This document shows positions 24,387-37,118 of a DNA stretch of 64,000 nt, in pieces (position 1 is the first letter of the stretch; the number at the start of each line of letters is the position of its first letter). A program made the position numbers and the translations under genes. The stretch comes from Tubiluchus corallicola (Eukaryota; Animalia; Priapulida), in NCBI GenBank assembly GCA_030141605.1, contig JAQGDQ010000024.1:310001-374000 (forward strand), read 5' to 3'. The notes beneath the pieces were generated by a model that made no database searches, was not told the origin of the DNA, and was given only the letters and a program-made list of their open reading frames with translations.

Positions 24387-24995
24387 CGATTCACTGTCGG
24401 CTGAACACCCTGGCACACCTTGTGCAATATTAACCAAAATTATTAACTTTAACTTAATTCAAATTACAATGATGCATAAAGCAAGGTAAAAAACTCAGAC
24501 TGACAAAAAATAACAGTTATTATTTGGATAGATAATTTAACCTTCTAATATTTGTTACACTATGAGTTACATGATTAATTAGTCCAAGTGTAATTTACAG
24601 ACATCCTTTGCAAAGTATTGTCATCAAGTATTCAAAATGTCACTTACCTTCATGATTATGCATAAAGACACTACCTTTGAAGCTTTCAACAAATTGAAGT
24701 GTCACTAGCATCAATTGGTTATCTTCATCACATAGTACCTTCACATCTGTATTGTAAGGAAACTTACTAGTACATGTACACTTGCTTCTAACAATAATAA
24801 CGTTGATGGACATTTCTTGTAAATATTAGATTACTTAAACAAACATGAAAACAAGTTTGCTATCGTAATTTTCTAAATAAAACACATTTGAGCAAAAAGG
24901 ATGTATAGCAAAATATGAAAGAGGCATAAGAAGGCCTGAATCAAGCACAAGTATACCAGCAAAGCTTTCAATGTATTTCTTTGAGATTTTCAATG

Positions 24996-27182
24996 TTACT
25001 TGTAATAATATATGTACTGTAAACTCTCACTTGCTATCTTTGGCACAAATGAAGGTGAACCATTATTTCCCAAATCAGGATATCCCCATTCACTTTGCTC
25101 ATATTGCCGACCTGTGTTCCCTGTGTATGCATGCTGATACGAAGTAGCTTCATTGGGAAATTGAGTGTCTTGATTTCTGTATCCGAAATCAATTTCTGGA
25201 AAACCCCGAAACTTCTGATAGGTAGGCTGATAGTTGTTGTTGGGAAATTCATACCCATCTCTTTTGTTATTGCTCAATACATTTGCTTCTAATGGAAGAG
25301 GATGATCATAAGACGAAAATGATCTAGACCCATAATTTGAAGTCCTACCAGAAGCTTGGTAAGGTTTTTGATAAAGCTCTGGGAAAAATGATCGGGAAGC
25401 TGCAGGAAGTGGAGGAGAGAATGGAAACTTTGGCAAGCCGTCTGGTAATAATGGTGCTACTGCATGCTGATCTGGCATTAATATCTGCTGTGGCCACTCC
25501 ATGCCAGAGCGCAGTTTCGTGTATACTCCATCATCGTACAGTGAGTAGAAGTTACCGTGGGTGTCTCCACTGCCGAATGTCAGTACAGGTTTGCTGAGAT
25601 ACGGAGCACTGCTGTGTGTTGGTAATAAGGCTTTGCTTCCTTGGGAGCTTAGCTTATGGTCATGATTGTCCACAAAAATAGAATGTCTCGATTCAATCAT
25701 GTTTTTCTTTCTTGAGTGTCCAACTTGAGCATCAGCTTGGGCCGCTGGCTTTGACAAAGGATATGGCTTCAATGCTTTGCCACCTGCATAAATCTCATTG
25801 GCGCCTGCATACAGCTGACTGATGGATCCATGAGGACCAGCATTGAGTCCTGTGTAAGGACTCCAATAGGTGGATGTCAAATGACCAGTGTACGGATTAT
25901 AATAAGGAGCTGATGCAGAAGATGCTCCTTCTTGGTTACCCAAAACAAGAGCATTAACTGGGTATGCTTGACCACTATTACTTCTTCCATAGCCATCTGT
26001 ACTACCATACAAATGTGGAAGAGTAATATGAATTTCTTGAGCTCCTCTACCCGAGCCATGACTTTGATGGGAACTAGAGGAGTGAGGTTGAGGATAGTAT
26101 GATTTCTTTCTTGGGCTAGGTGTATGGAAGACATAGTGGTCAGTGTATGTGCTCTCGTAAAGGTCTTCATAAGGAATCGTGTGTCGTCGAAAATAAACGT
26201 ACGGTGCGTGTGTGGTGGTGGTATGCTTGTGGATGAAACCATAAAAATACTGATTGTAGCTGTTATACTGAGATGATAAACCTTTTAACCAAGTCACCTG
26301 AAAAATATAGAATTATGATATATATATATATATATACTGCATTCTGCAAACTATCAACAAACCAAATGCGCTCACATTAACTGATTTCCCATTTTATCCT
26401 AAAAGCTATTTTTACCATCCCGATTTTCTCTTGACTAATTCGAATGGCCAAAGTAACAGTTTCCAATACCAGTTCTTATGGACGCTGTAACCGTTTCTAA
26501 ATACTCAAGCCATTTAAGTTAAATACAAAAAATAATTTAATATGTGCGCCACCGAGTTCACATAATCCATAATCTTCAGAGGCTTACATTAGTTTGACAA
26601 TGACTGGTAATTATAACCGGCAAAACGTGAAATTAAATTTTTGAACTTTCAACTACTGTCAGACAACATGAAAGTATCCTCTCAGTTGCACTTAAGACCC
26701 GCAGCCTATTTGTTAAACTATTTAACAATTGCTGATTGCTTCTATTAATAATGAAACTGTTTTCAACTAACTACTATGTCAGCTGCAACGCCGGGAATCG
26801 TTTTTGATCAACCGCATTTCGTTAAAACGCTCACTTCAGGCGAAAACTTGTCTCATTTTTACTCATTAAGGTTTCGCTTGAGTTTTAAAATTTGTTTCTA
26901 ATGAAGTGGTGATGCACTTTGATGACACAAGTGAATCCAGTACGAAAACGCCAAAAAGGAAAAAAATCATCAAACTATCAAGGAAATTTTTTTAATAATT
27001 TTTACTAAATTTGAAGTTATCCCGTCTGAATTATTGGGTGAACCCCAGTCCGTCACGCAAACACAGAAAAAAATAAACTAGTTGACATAAAACGTATCAA
27101 GGTCACTTATGCACTGATTTCACTCACATCCTAACACACCCACACCTACACACACACACACACACACACACGCCCGCCCGCC

Positions 27183-27234
<52 letters not shown>

Positions 27235-27250
27235 CACGCACACACACAAA

Positions 27251-27282
<32 letters not shown>

Positions 27283-28343
27283 AGGTCACTTATACACTGA
27301 TTACACCCATCATAAAAGAGAACGCTGTACTATAGACGCTTTCTGCAATGAATGATTTCCAGAACTGACAAATGCAAGTGGACAAAAAATAACAAACCAA
27401 AATTGCAAATTTTTTTAGTAACTATTCCTAATCTTTAATATCAGTAAAATCTTCATACGTTAAATAATGGGGAGCGAGGAAGTTAACTTTCGTCTGCATA
27501 GATTTAGAATAGAATTAAGTGTACTTAATTTAGAGTATAGTGAAATCATATTCACAGATTTTTAACAGCATTCTAACGAATTTCACTTTAACGATCCGGT
27601 ATTTTCCATTGATGTTCCAAGAAATTTGAATCACATTAGGCTTACATTTACATCCTATAACACAATATGCTGTGGTTACAGTCATCTTTATCACTTTGAG
27701 GCGAGTGGCAAAAGTTGACGAGGGACTGCAACAATCACAAGAGACGCACCGGTATAGCGGTCAAGACATTAAACTTGCAATCTAAAGGTGTCCAATTCAA
27801 ATTCGTTCAGTTCAGTTCTTAATTTTTCACATTTCCTTTCATCTTCCTTTGAAATTTAGTTTGTAAAATTTACCAATTATTGTTTCGCCAATTTTAAAAC
27901 TGGATATCTTGAAATTAATAATATATATAATATATCGTTTCTTTTAAGGAAACTGGCACTTTCTTGCAAACTCATAGAAAAAGAACTGGCAATAAAAAAG
28001 CATGCATACGAAAAATATTGTCTGTATTTCAACTCCCTAGCGGAGGTCATCATCAATTTCTGACAAAGAACTCCTAGTATTCCTTAAACACCTCTTTTCT
28101 TACTTTTTTTTCAATATTTATTTATTAAGTTTGCATTCGTATCTTTACCGGTATCATTTCCTTGGACAATAGCAAAGCTGCACGATGACCTCGCTGACGC
28201 GTGAGCAGAACAACAGCATTAAAAAACAGTCCCATTCGGTGAAATTCGAATCTAGCATATTGAAAGGTGTTTTTTAAACAGAGTGTAAGCAAATCACTTA
28301 CCAAGCAAACGAAACAACTCTGGACGAGCAAACGATAGCGCAT
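24996..28343 (-). CDS. Secreted low-complexity Tyr/His/Gly/Pro/Ser-rich protein, 447 aa (putative cuticle or extracellular structural protein)
   Basis: Exon 28343-28302 (MRYRLLVQSCFVCL, donor gtaagt, phase 0) joins acceptor ttttcag at 26298 to give the signal peptide MRYRLLVQSCFVCLVTWLKGLSS. A 1302-bp open exon 26297-24996 ends in TAA; no Cys in the mature part and no recognisable domain. Confidence 0.8.
27098..27310. repeat. Compound (CA)n/(CGCC)n/(CGCA)n microsatellite bracketed by a 22-bp direct repeat
   Basis: CAAGGTCACTTATGCACTGATT at 27098-27119 and CAAGGTCACTTATACACTGATT at 27281-27302 flank the array. Confidence 0.9.
27745..27805 (+). mobile_element. Degenerate tRNA-derived SINE head
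   Basis: A-box-like GGTATAGCGGT, anticodon-like ACTTGCAA (shared with the 37.1-kb copy) and a decayed B-box (ATTCAAATTC). Confidence 0.4.
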
Positions 28344-29129
28344 CTTGGCAATTCATACCTGTACAAATAAAATATACTTATATGTGAAAATCTGTGGCAC
28401 AACGCGATTGCCAGCTAGGAAGTAGGAAGAGAAAAGGCGTTTTTCCGTCACCTGGACATCGACAATGTGCGACTAGCCAGGTTCGGATGCGTCCGGATTT
28501 ACAGTTACAATAAAAAGTTAATCTGACCATAAATTGGGTACCATTATGAACGCGAAGTGCAGCGATTATTAAGATTAGAGAACAATAGCTTGTATGAAAT
28601 AATCGCTCAGAAAGTCAACAAGGAAAAGTTAATGCGCCTACAATGCTTAAAAACATTAGTGGAAGTGCATTAATTTACCTGAATTAAGTTACTCGAGCTT
28701 AGAGATAAACTGAATCGCAACGACGAGCGATCAGCGAAGGGGGACAAAAATTATAATAATAACTTAATTTATTTGATATTTAAAATGCATTAACATTAAA
28801 ATGGACAAACACATTTTACGTACATAAATCCTAGTATGTTCAAAATATGTCTAGTCACAGCCTAGACACATTACCCAATAAAAAATTAATGGCGTTCAGC
28901 GCAATGGACACAAATTAATAAACAAGTTAATAAAAATGTTAAGCATAATAATAAACTAAATTAAAGTCAGCGAAAATAAGTGCATAATACTAGGTCTACA
29001 TGCATACACTATTACTGCAGATAAAGCTAAAATCATGATACATACAATTATATGAAAGTCAGTACGTATAGAAAAAGAGCTCAAAACACAACCCACTCAA
29101 TTGCGTCCGTAATTAATCAAAAGGACGTC

Positions 29130-29400
29130 TTTATTCAGATAATTTTTAAGAAAAGATTTGAAGATTTCAACATTAGTGATTTTAAGCGCATTAATCGGCA
29201 ATTCATTCCTTAATTTTGGTTTACCACATCATGCAATCCGTATATTGTAAAGTACATAACAAGCGTCGATGAGCTATTTACGGTTGGGGGCATTCGGCTT
29301 CAAGTTCGGACATACATAAATTCGGCTGATCGGCCTGTCAGAATCGAACGTAATCGTAAATCGACCACTATCTGTGTTTGAAACGAAGCTTTGACGACTG
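29130..29400 (-). mobile_element. Decayed CR1/L2-type LINE, 3' end of ORF2
   Basis: Minus-strand translation ends KLRNELPINALKITNVEIFKSFLKNYLN*, matching the WNxLP..FKxxLK C-terminus of CR1/L2-group ORF2. Confidence 0.6.
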
Positions 29401-30329
29401 CTCACCACCTGAAAACTACTACACCGACCTCGATATCAACTACTCCTGTATTGTGTATGGTTCGTTGAATGTTTACATGTATTAAAATTTTTAATGTTTT
29501 TTCAAGTAGAAAAGCAATGGAATCCACGCGGCACAAAAAATCAAAACCTACTCTACTTCGTCGTTGTAGCTCTAGGGGCCCTAAATCATTACGAACGCTA
29601 GAAACAAATTACAAAAAGCTTTAAACAGAATTCTGCCTGCCCAACATCTACAACAACAGAACTTAATGATTATGGTGATGATGATAGATAATTAAATACT
29701 ACGTATAATTCCTAATATACCTGTTTCGTTTTTAAATTCAGGTTTGGAAGTATCAGCTCACGGTTCGATTTCTAAGCACTTTTTGGGCTCGAGAAATTCT
29801 TAGTACACATCTGTTGCAGACTTGCAGTATAATATGCTAACCATTCTTTGACTACGAATTCTAACAACAATGACAGTGAACACCAGCTCTTCGATTTCTG
29901 ATCTTCGTATCACCCACAGACAAATTGCTCGAATAATTTTAGTCCTGGAATAAGAAAGCCTCTTTTATCCGGAATTACACTTTTATCTCAAAAGCTATGC
30001 TAGCCAGGCTGTTCAACCACTGCATGACTACTCACTTATGGACGTACTTACTTGAACTTGCTTTAGTAACCTGTACGTAAGAGGGTGGGGAACGAGATCT
30101 CTCGAATTAACCTACTAAGTGATTTTTAATCACCACTAAGAGACTATTCCTACAGCTTTTGAAGCAAATTTCAAAGAACATTCATATGTTTCTTGGTCAA
30201 CAATGTCCAGGTTTGATACTTTAACCGAAAGAAAGTCCAGTATTTGGTGACTTTGGTTTGGTTTGGAATCAAGCTCCTCAGTCAGTCCGACAATAGTATT
30301 AGAGTATTCTGCCGCACCAAGACATTTCT

Positions 30330-30460
30330 ATAAGCAGAACATCTGCTTTTTCCTCCGGGCTTCCTATATGTGAAATTCTTTGACACGATATTGTTTATCT
30401 GTTCACTAAAACTCAATTGCATCAAGAAAACATTGCAAGATACTTTCTCTCATTAGCAAA
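30330..30460 (-). mobile_element. Decayed LINE reverse-transcriptase fragment
   Basis: Frameshifted ERKYLAMF..QLSFSEQINNIVSK resembles the KYLG..D..LSF..HI..I..K motif that follows the RT core. Confidence 0.45.
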
Positions 30461-33357
30461 TTTGTTTTAAGAATTATGTTTTTCTGGGTTTGCATTCGTA
30501 TTTCCACTTACGAATAGTGTCTTACCTTGCGGTGGTCATAGTCCTTGTTTCTGGTACATGGTTTGCATACAAGAAAAGAAATACACTGTATGCGCAGTTT
30601 TACGCCACTGCTTTTGGTAAAAGAATCAAATCGTTGCAAGATCTCAGAGCTCGAGCTGCAATTAGCTTAATCTGATAAACTTTTCTAATGAAAAACTTTG
30701 GACGAAAAATGACGAGATTCCCACTGGATATTTCGCAACATTTTGAATGATTACCTTGTAAAGAAATTTCGCATTAGTGTCTGAGTAAAACGAACGCCTC
30801 TTCACAGTTTATTCGAGAAGTACGAACAATCTTTTTTCGTTTAACACTTGTAATAAATCAAGAAATATTTGAATGTTGGGTTGACATTTTCAGTCTCAAA
30901 ATTAAAAGCTATTAAAAAACTTAAGAGTTACGATTAATAAAAATCCCATAGTAAAGAATAAACATTGTGTTTTTGTTTTTGCTTTTGTTGCAGGGTTTTT
31001 TATTAATTAGATCACTTTTTGTTAAAAAATAATTACAGTATCTACTTGTTAGGCAGACAAAGAAAAAGCAAGTGAAACGTGGTTTTCAGCTCACCACTGT
31101 TGATCGCCTGTTTATGACAGTTGGTTCTAACTGATATTTGCTAGCACACCACAAAAGCAGCGCTAATTCCATAATCTACATGCCAGATATTGCGGCTCTA
31201 TCATACAAGCTCTAGAAGCAGCTAAAGAACTGAACAAATTTTAGTAAGAATCCTATGCAAAGGCATGACTCGGAATTCTGGGAATTCACTAACGAGCGAT
31301 CAGTCCAGGAAGACGGTTCGCTAAGTCTATTGCGTCCAGATATCACGTTGGGTTTGCATTCGTCCGGCGGTCACTAATGTAATACGAAATGACAGACAGA
31401 CGATTTTGATAATTTGATTAGACACTCGAGTGGACAATTGAATGATTTAGCAAACGAACGAACGAACAAATAAAAGGACAGCTGGAAGGTCGGGAAACAG
31501 GGAAACAAACAAATGAGCAAGCGCTCCTCATTTCAAGCTCCGCTTCTACTTTTGACGAAAAAACGAGCAAGTTGGCAAAAGAGGTGAAAAAAAACGAGCA
31601 AAGTCTTTCCGCGGTAAAACAATGACGTTGAAATTTATGGCACGTTACGTCTAAATACATGAAATAGAAATCCTTTCTGTAAACATTTTTGCGTCACCTT
31701 AGCACTTACACTGCAGCTGCGTAGCTACCCATAGACTCCCATAGTAAATTCCCAGAAACTGTAAATTGTAATAACTAAAGGTCTGCAATCAAATTGTGCA
31801 ATGCGGAAAACCATACTTGACTTTTTCCAAAAACCTCCCGAGATTAACAGCCCATTTGCGTTTCCTTCGGTGAAGCATTAGATACTTAGCTTCCCTATTT
31901 TGTCCTTTAAAACACAATAATTCACTTAATAATTGACAGCAAAAGACGCCGTAACGCTGCTGTGTCAACAGCCAATAAGTTTTAAGAAATCCTTACCCTA
32001 TAGATGTACAGTCACAATGCGAGTCAGTTACACCAACATAATTAAACTACTCAACCCTCGCATACTTGGTAGTCAATCCATTGGTGACGCAAAATCTATC
32101 GATTGATATTCGATCGAAATCAATTGCACAGCAAGCTGACACTGTTTCATTCCTTACACCAATATAATTATACATGCACATGGTATGACTATATGTATAA
32201 TTGTCTATGGTACGGATCACTATTGTGAAATTATGAAAATTTCTTTCATGTTTAATTAACCGTAGAAGTACGCCACGAATCACACGAACCCAACAAAGAG
32301 TAAAAATATATCATATAAACTAAATGCACGCAACTATTTTAGGACACATTAATATTTAAAATATAAGGTTTGGTAAAAATACGCAAAACTGTAAAACTAG
32401 GTTAAAGTATTATTATTGATTTGCAAAAGAAGGCTGATAATAAAGGAATGGATCCACCCTTCACAACAAAAGTGAAAATCATAATGAAAAAATTAAGCTC
32501 AGCAGGTGATACGACGCATTTGGCGGAACGACCGATTGCACTTCCCGGTATAGAAAGGCCCACTGATTAGATTTGTGCATTTCCTCCCGTTATTGAGAGA
32601 AGCAAAATTGTTTATATACAGTTATTACACAACAAAACAACGGCATATTGACACAAATTTGAAAATGCATCGAATTCTACCTTAATTGTCAGTTATCTAC
32701 CGGATACGGTACACACATTCCCAACAGTGGTTTCCTATACATGTTACTGAACATTTTCCACACAAAGCAAATCCTAATACTGTTCTAATAACAGAAAGCA
32801 AAAGACAGTTTCGAAAATTACAGAAAAAGTCGCAGGCATTAGCTGATAATTATCAGATATCGAATCAAGATTAAATTCGTTGTAATTGGTTGCATTCAGG
32901 AGCGCCATTACTACGCAACTAAAAAATGATGGTGAAGGATCGAATAATAAAACCAATAAACACAATTGAAACCACCTTAAAATCAGACTCTGTCAGGCTG
33001 GTTGTTAGAAATTTTTTCTAGCTTAATGGGTGACCAAGCTTTTCATAAAATTTTGGCGCAACGAAGCTCCCTTTTTAACGGTCTACTTTGGAGTATTGTG
33101 CCATTTTCGTAACCGTTAATTTGACTTAGCAGACAAATAAACGACTAGCTAAATGTGATGGATAACAGATAATTTGAAAACTGTGCAAGAAATAAACTTT
33201 AAAATATAAATCATGTGCACGCAAACCTAATAATCGATGCTAGTGTGACAAATCTTCACTATGTTTCTGTTACTAGGTATATGCATGTACAGCGAATTAC
33301 TGGTACATTGCTAGATTTGTGTTTACGAGGGTCCCGCTGAGGGAATATGTAGTGTTA

Positions 33358-34079
33358 GGCCCGTGTCTTCCATCTTCCGTAAGGAGCAAGCCGTAATCCA
33401 TAATCCGTAAGCCATAAGGCGTCTTCTGTCTTCCGTAAGACGCATGTCGTAACCTGCGATATGAGCCTTGCGCTGTGTAACTAGCAAGGCGTTTTGCCAT
33501 AATCCGTTTTTTGGCGGGAGGCGCGAAACTACTATATTTTAATATAGTAGATACTATAGTCTAATAGTTAATACAATTTTACTCATTACGGAATAACAGA
33601 TTGTTAGTCGCATACATTGTATAATATGAGTGACTGGTCTACAGCCTCTTGCATGTAGTAAACATTTTTATGTGCATTGTAGTAATACAGAAGTTCTAAA
33701 TAAGTGTTGTGGGTTAAAAATGCCTTTTAATGTTTATGCAACATCGGTGTTACGAACGGTTATGATATAAATGAATTTTATATAGAAAAGGGCTTAATTA
33801 AACAATTTTTATATTACCAACAAGCAAAAAACGTCTTATGGCAAATGAAATTAATGGCCAAACTCATTTCGCCATAAGGCACCTTACGAAGAGCTCAAAA
33901 CGACTTGTAAGGAACGTACCGCGGATTATGGCTGATGGCTTCGGTAGGCGAAAGACGGCAAATGGATTATCTGTGTGACAGGGACCATTGGCTAGCATAT
34001 GTTCATTTTTCAAGAGGCGGGATTTTCTCCTCAGGGCTTACGTCTCATGGATTACGTCTAACTCAGTCTGACACGGGTC
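33358..34079. mobile_element. PIF/Harbinger-type MITE
   Basis: TIRs GGCCCGTGTC / GACACGGGTC, exact TTA target-site duplication on both sides, and subterminal CCGTAA / TTACG repeats. Confidence 0.75.
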
Positions 34080-34482
34080 TTACAGTTTATACAGGTATAA
34101 GTATGTTCTCTGTTATGCAGACACTGTCAAGTAGTAGTGGGAGAAGAATTATCATCGGCATTGCTTATATAAAATGTGTAACATAGCCATTAAACCCCAT
34201 TGTTTTTACTGGCATAACACAATCCAGCAGCAGAGTGAATCAGACTGACCGGAAAACAATAGCCTTCGCCAAAGTCACCCAGGTAACCCAGGAATATTCC
34301 CAGAATCTCCTCGCGTGCATAATTCCATGCTATCAAATTGTTTTCAAAAACCTACCTATTCATATTTTACTGTTTGTAAGAAACGACTCTCTTCTCGTCT
34401 GTATGCTGAAAACTATTTTTGTGTTAATTAAAGAAATAGTTCAAAACTCCAAAATATTTCAACATCAGAAAAATTTCCACTA

Positions 34483-34653
34483 AGTTTTCATATTTTTTAG
34501 AATTTAGTATTTAAGCCGTACATATATTAAAGTTTACGTAGTTTTCATATTTTTTACTATTTAGTATATAAGTGGTACATGCGTCATAATTTGCGTAGTT
34601 TTCATATTTTTTACTATTTAGTATATAAGCCGTACATATGTTATAATTCGCGT
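34483..34653. repeat. Minisatellite, 3 x 57 bp
   Basis: Unit AGTTTTCATATTTTTTACTATTTAGTATATAAGCCGTACAT..CGT repeated three times with substitutions. Confidence 0.9.
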
Positions 34654-37047
34654 AATCTTACTTGTGCTATTCTTGCCTGGAATCTCGTTCCATCATCTAA
34701 CTACTATTCACGCGGATGAGTCTCACCAATGTTACAAGAATGGAATCTTTTGTGACAGAAAAGGAAATTACTTCGATTCCCAGTTATCTCTATAAACTTA
34801 TCCATTTGCATCTGAAAGGGCTACGATGTGGTTTATCTTTAATTCGCATACACTTGATGGCTGAATGAGCTCAATCTGGGAAATAAGGTCAATCCAGTGG
34901 CAGTTTATTTACAAGTGTGTAGCCTGTTAGACACCATTATATAATCTGAATCTGTAGGTCCATAAAACTACTGGTTATTATGAAGCAAGAGCTTCAAGTT
35001 GGAACTGTAGTTTCAGACGTAACAGGGGCAAATACAGGTGCCACAGTTAACCGTCATTTGGTTAGACTAATAAGTGATTCCAAAAGAGCTGAAAAATATT
35101 TGAATATCGTGGAAAGCAACGGTTAAAACTATACTTGGATGATCAATTTCCCGTGACGCCTGACTCTGGAAAAGAACTCTGGCGTGTTTTAACAAATTTA
35201 AAAAATACTTAGATAAATTAAAAGCAATGCTCACACTGGACAACTTATAGACGGGTTAAAGTTATAAGTTACAATAACCCATATTACGTCATTTACATTA
35301 ACATTTTACATTAACGCGTAACTGTTGATTACAGTAACTGTCGATTACATTAACCATTTTGTACAAATAGGCAACACTAACTTTGGAAAGTATTTTAAAT
35401 TTGGATTAACTACTTGAAACGGTTCACTACTTTAACAACAGATGCGCGGTTTCACTGTTCAAATACGATTGTGCAGTGTGGTTTAACACACACCCATTTT
35501 TAATTGTTAATCAATTTATGACTTTAGAGAATACAAGTGACTTAAAGAGCAGTTAACGTCTGCGTTAAGCAACTTTCACACGAATAAATAAAATATGTAG
35601 TACCAAGGAGAGATGACGGTGAACATTTTTACGAAAACCAGTCCATTAACCAATTTGCTTCAACCATTTGTTTCGTGCACAGTTACGTGCTCTAAGAAAT
35701 CATACTTGTTCACTGTTTAATCATTGTGTTAATGATTACTGTGACAGTTGAGTTACCTACGCAATTTTTGAAACTTCTGGAACTATCTAGCTGGTGCATA
35801 ATGAATGCGAACTATTCATTTTCTACATTAGTGGCTAATAATTTGGCTACGAAAAACACACGTATCGCTAAATCCGCCGAGGACATCACAAAATACTGTT
35901 TTTTCCCATGGCAGAACGGCATCATCTAAATTATGCATTGAAGCCACACGCTATAATTACATTATCCGGCAATTCAGCCGCAACTCTTAGTAAGATTATC
36001 ATTTTACTGAAACACGAGAATCCGATCGCGTGAATTAAAGGCCATAAACGTTTAATTAGTTGCACTTTTAATTTGACGACTATACGATGTCCATTGACTT
36101 CAAAAATGTAGAAAAACAGTTAGACCAGCCGCCTTATGCCTGCGTTGTTCGAGTAAAAATTGAACCTAGTATTCATGCTTATAATTTATTTGGTTATCGC
36201 CAGGCTCGGTGTTAGTAAGAAAGCCTAAAAGATATGATCTATAGCGGAATTAAACTGGGAACATTTAAATAGGTAACCTGTTATCTTAACGAGTAATGAA
36301 AATGAAGCTGGAACCGATAAACTCAAATTGGCTGCACATTTGAATGAACTCTTGTGGTTTATAAGCTCGCGCATGCGTTGTATTCGGGCGCAAAATGAAG
36401 CCAGTGTGACCAGATGCTTGCAATATGTAACAATAACTGTTATACAAGGCTCTTAGAGTTCTTAGTGCGGTAAGCTAAATATTGATGTGTTTTCATCAGT
36501 AAATCATATGAGTATATAATAATCACTGTTTTTTGTGCATTTTGAAAGTCCACGATATGTTAGACCGGAAAACCGACTCGTCTCATTTAATATGCTTTGC
36601 AATTGGAAACTACACGCGAATTTTTCAACATGAAGGTGAGAAGATTTTCATTTATTTATACGTGTAGTATAAAAGTAGAAATTGATCAGTAGCAGGTATC
36701 ACAATGGCAACATTACGGAGGCGGCAGATGATGTTTTTCATAACCAGTGTTGTTGTGACATATACGTACAAACTATGCAGGTAAAAGTAACTCATTAACT
36801 GCTAAAAATAGGTTATGCTGGTTACGTAACCAGATAGAACGCAACGCAAGAGAGGTGATGAAGAAGACGTGGTATGGCGGAGTAGGCATGATAAAGACAA
36901 AGACAAGATTTATTTACCGTCACTAGTTTAACAGACAACATAATCAGTTTGCACTAACATTAACAGTTTGCATTATTTAGCGATTTCAGGAAAGGAAAAA
37001 ACACACACAAAAAAGAATAACATGTAGGGTATATGCCCTGGTGCTGG

Positions 37048-37118
37048 CAGCCGCTAGTATCCAACTCAAGACTGCGTGGTTGCAAGTCCAAAATCTAAAC
37101 CACTCGGCCACCCAATCC
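37048..37118 (-). mobile_element. tRNA-derived SINE head or tRNA pseudogene
   Basis: A-box TGGCCGAGTGG, loop-like GGACTTGCAACC and degenerate B-box GTTGGATAC; acceptor and anticodon stems do not pair well. Confidence 0.55.

Noticed and set aside
31449-31470. Minus-strand TTTGTTCGTTCG resembling miR-375; also TGTCATG..TTGCTCT near 49100 resembling miR-281
   Set aside because: The first is an (AACG)n simple repeat; neither forms a pre-miRNA hairpin.
34483-34653. CRISPR-like repeat-spacer appearance
   Set aside because: The spacer-like parts are homologous to each other, the context is eukaryotic and there are no cas genes; it is a plain minisatellite.
37048-37118. Functional tRNA gene
   Set aside because: B-box mutated and stems do not close; treated as a SINE head or pseudogene.
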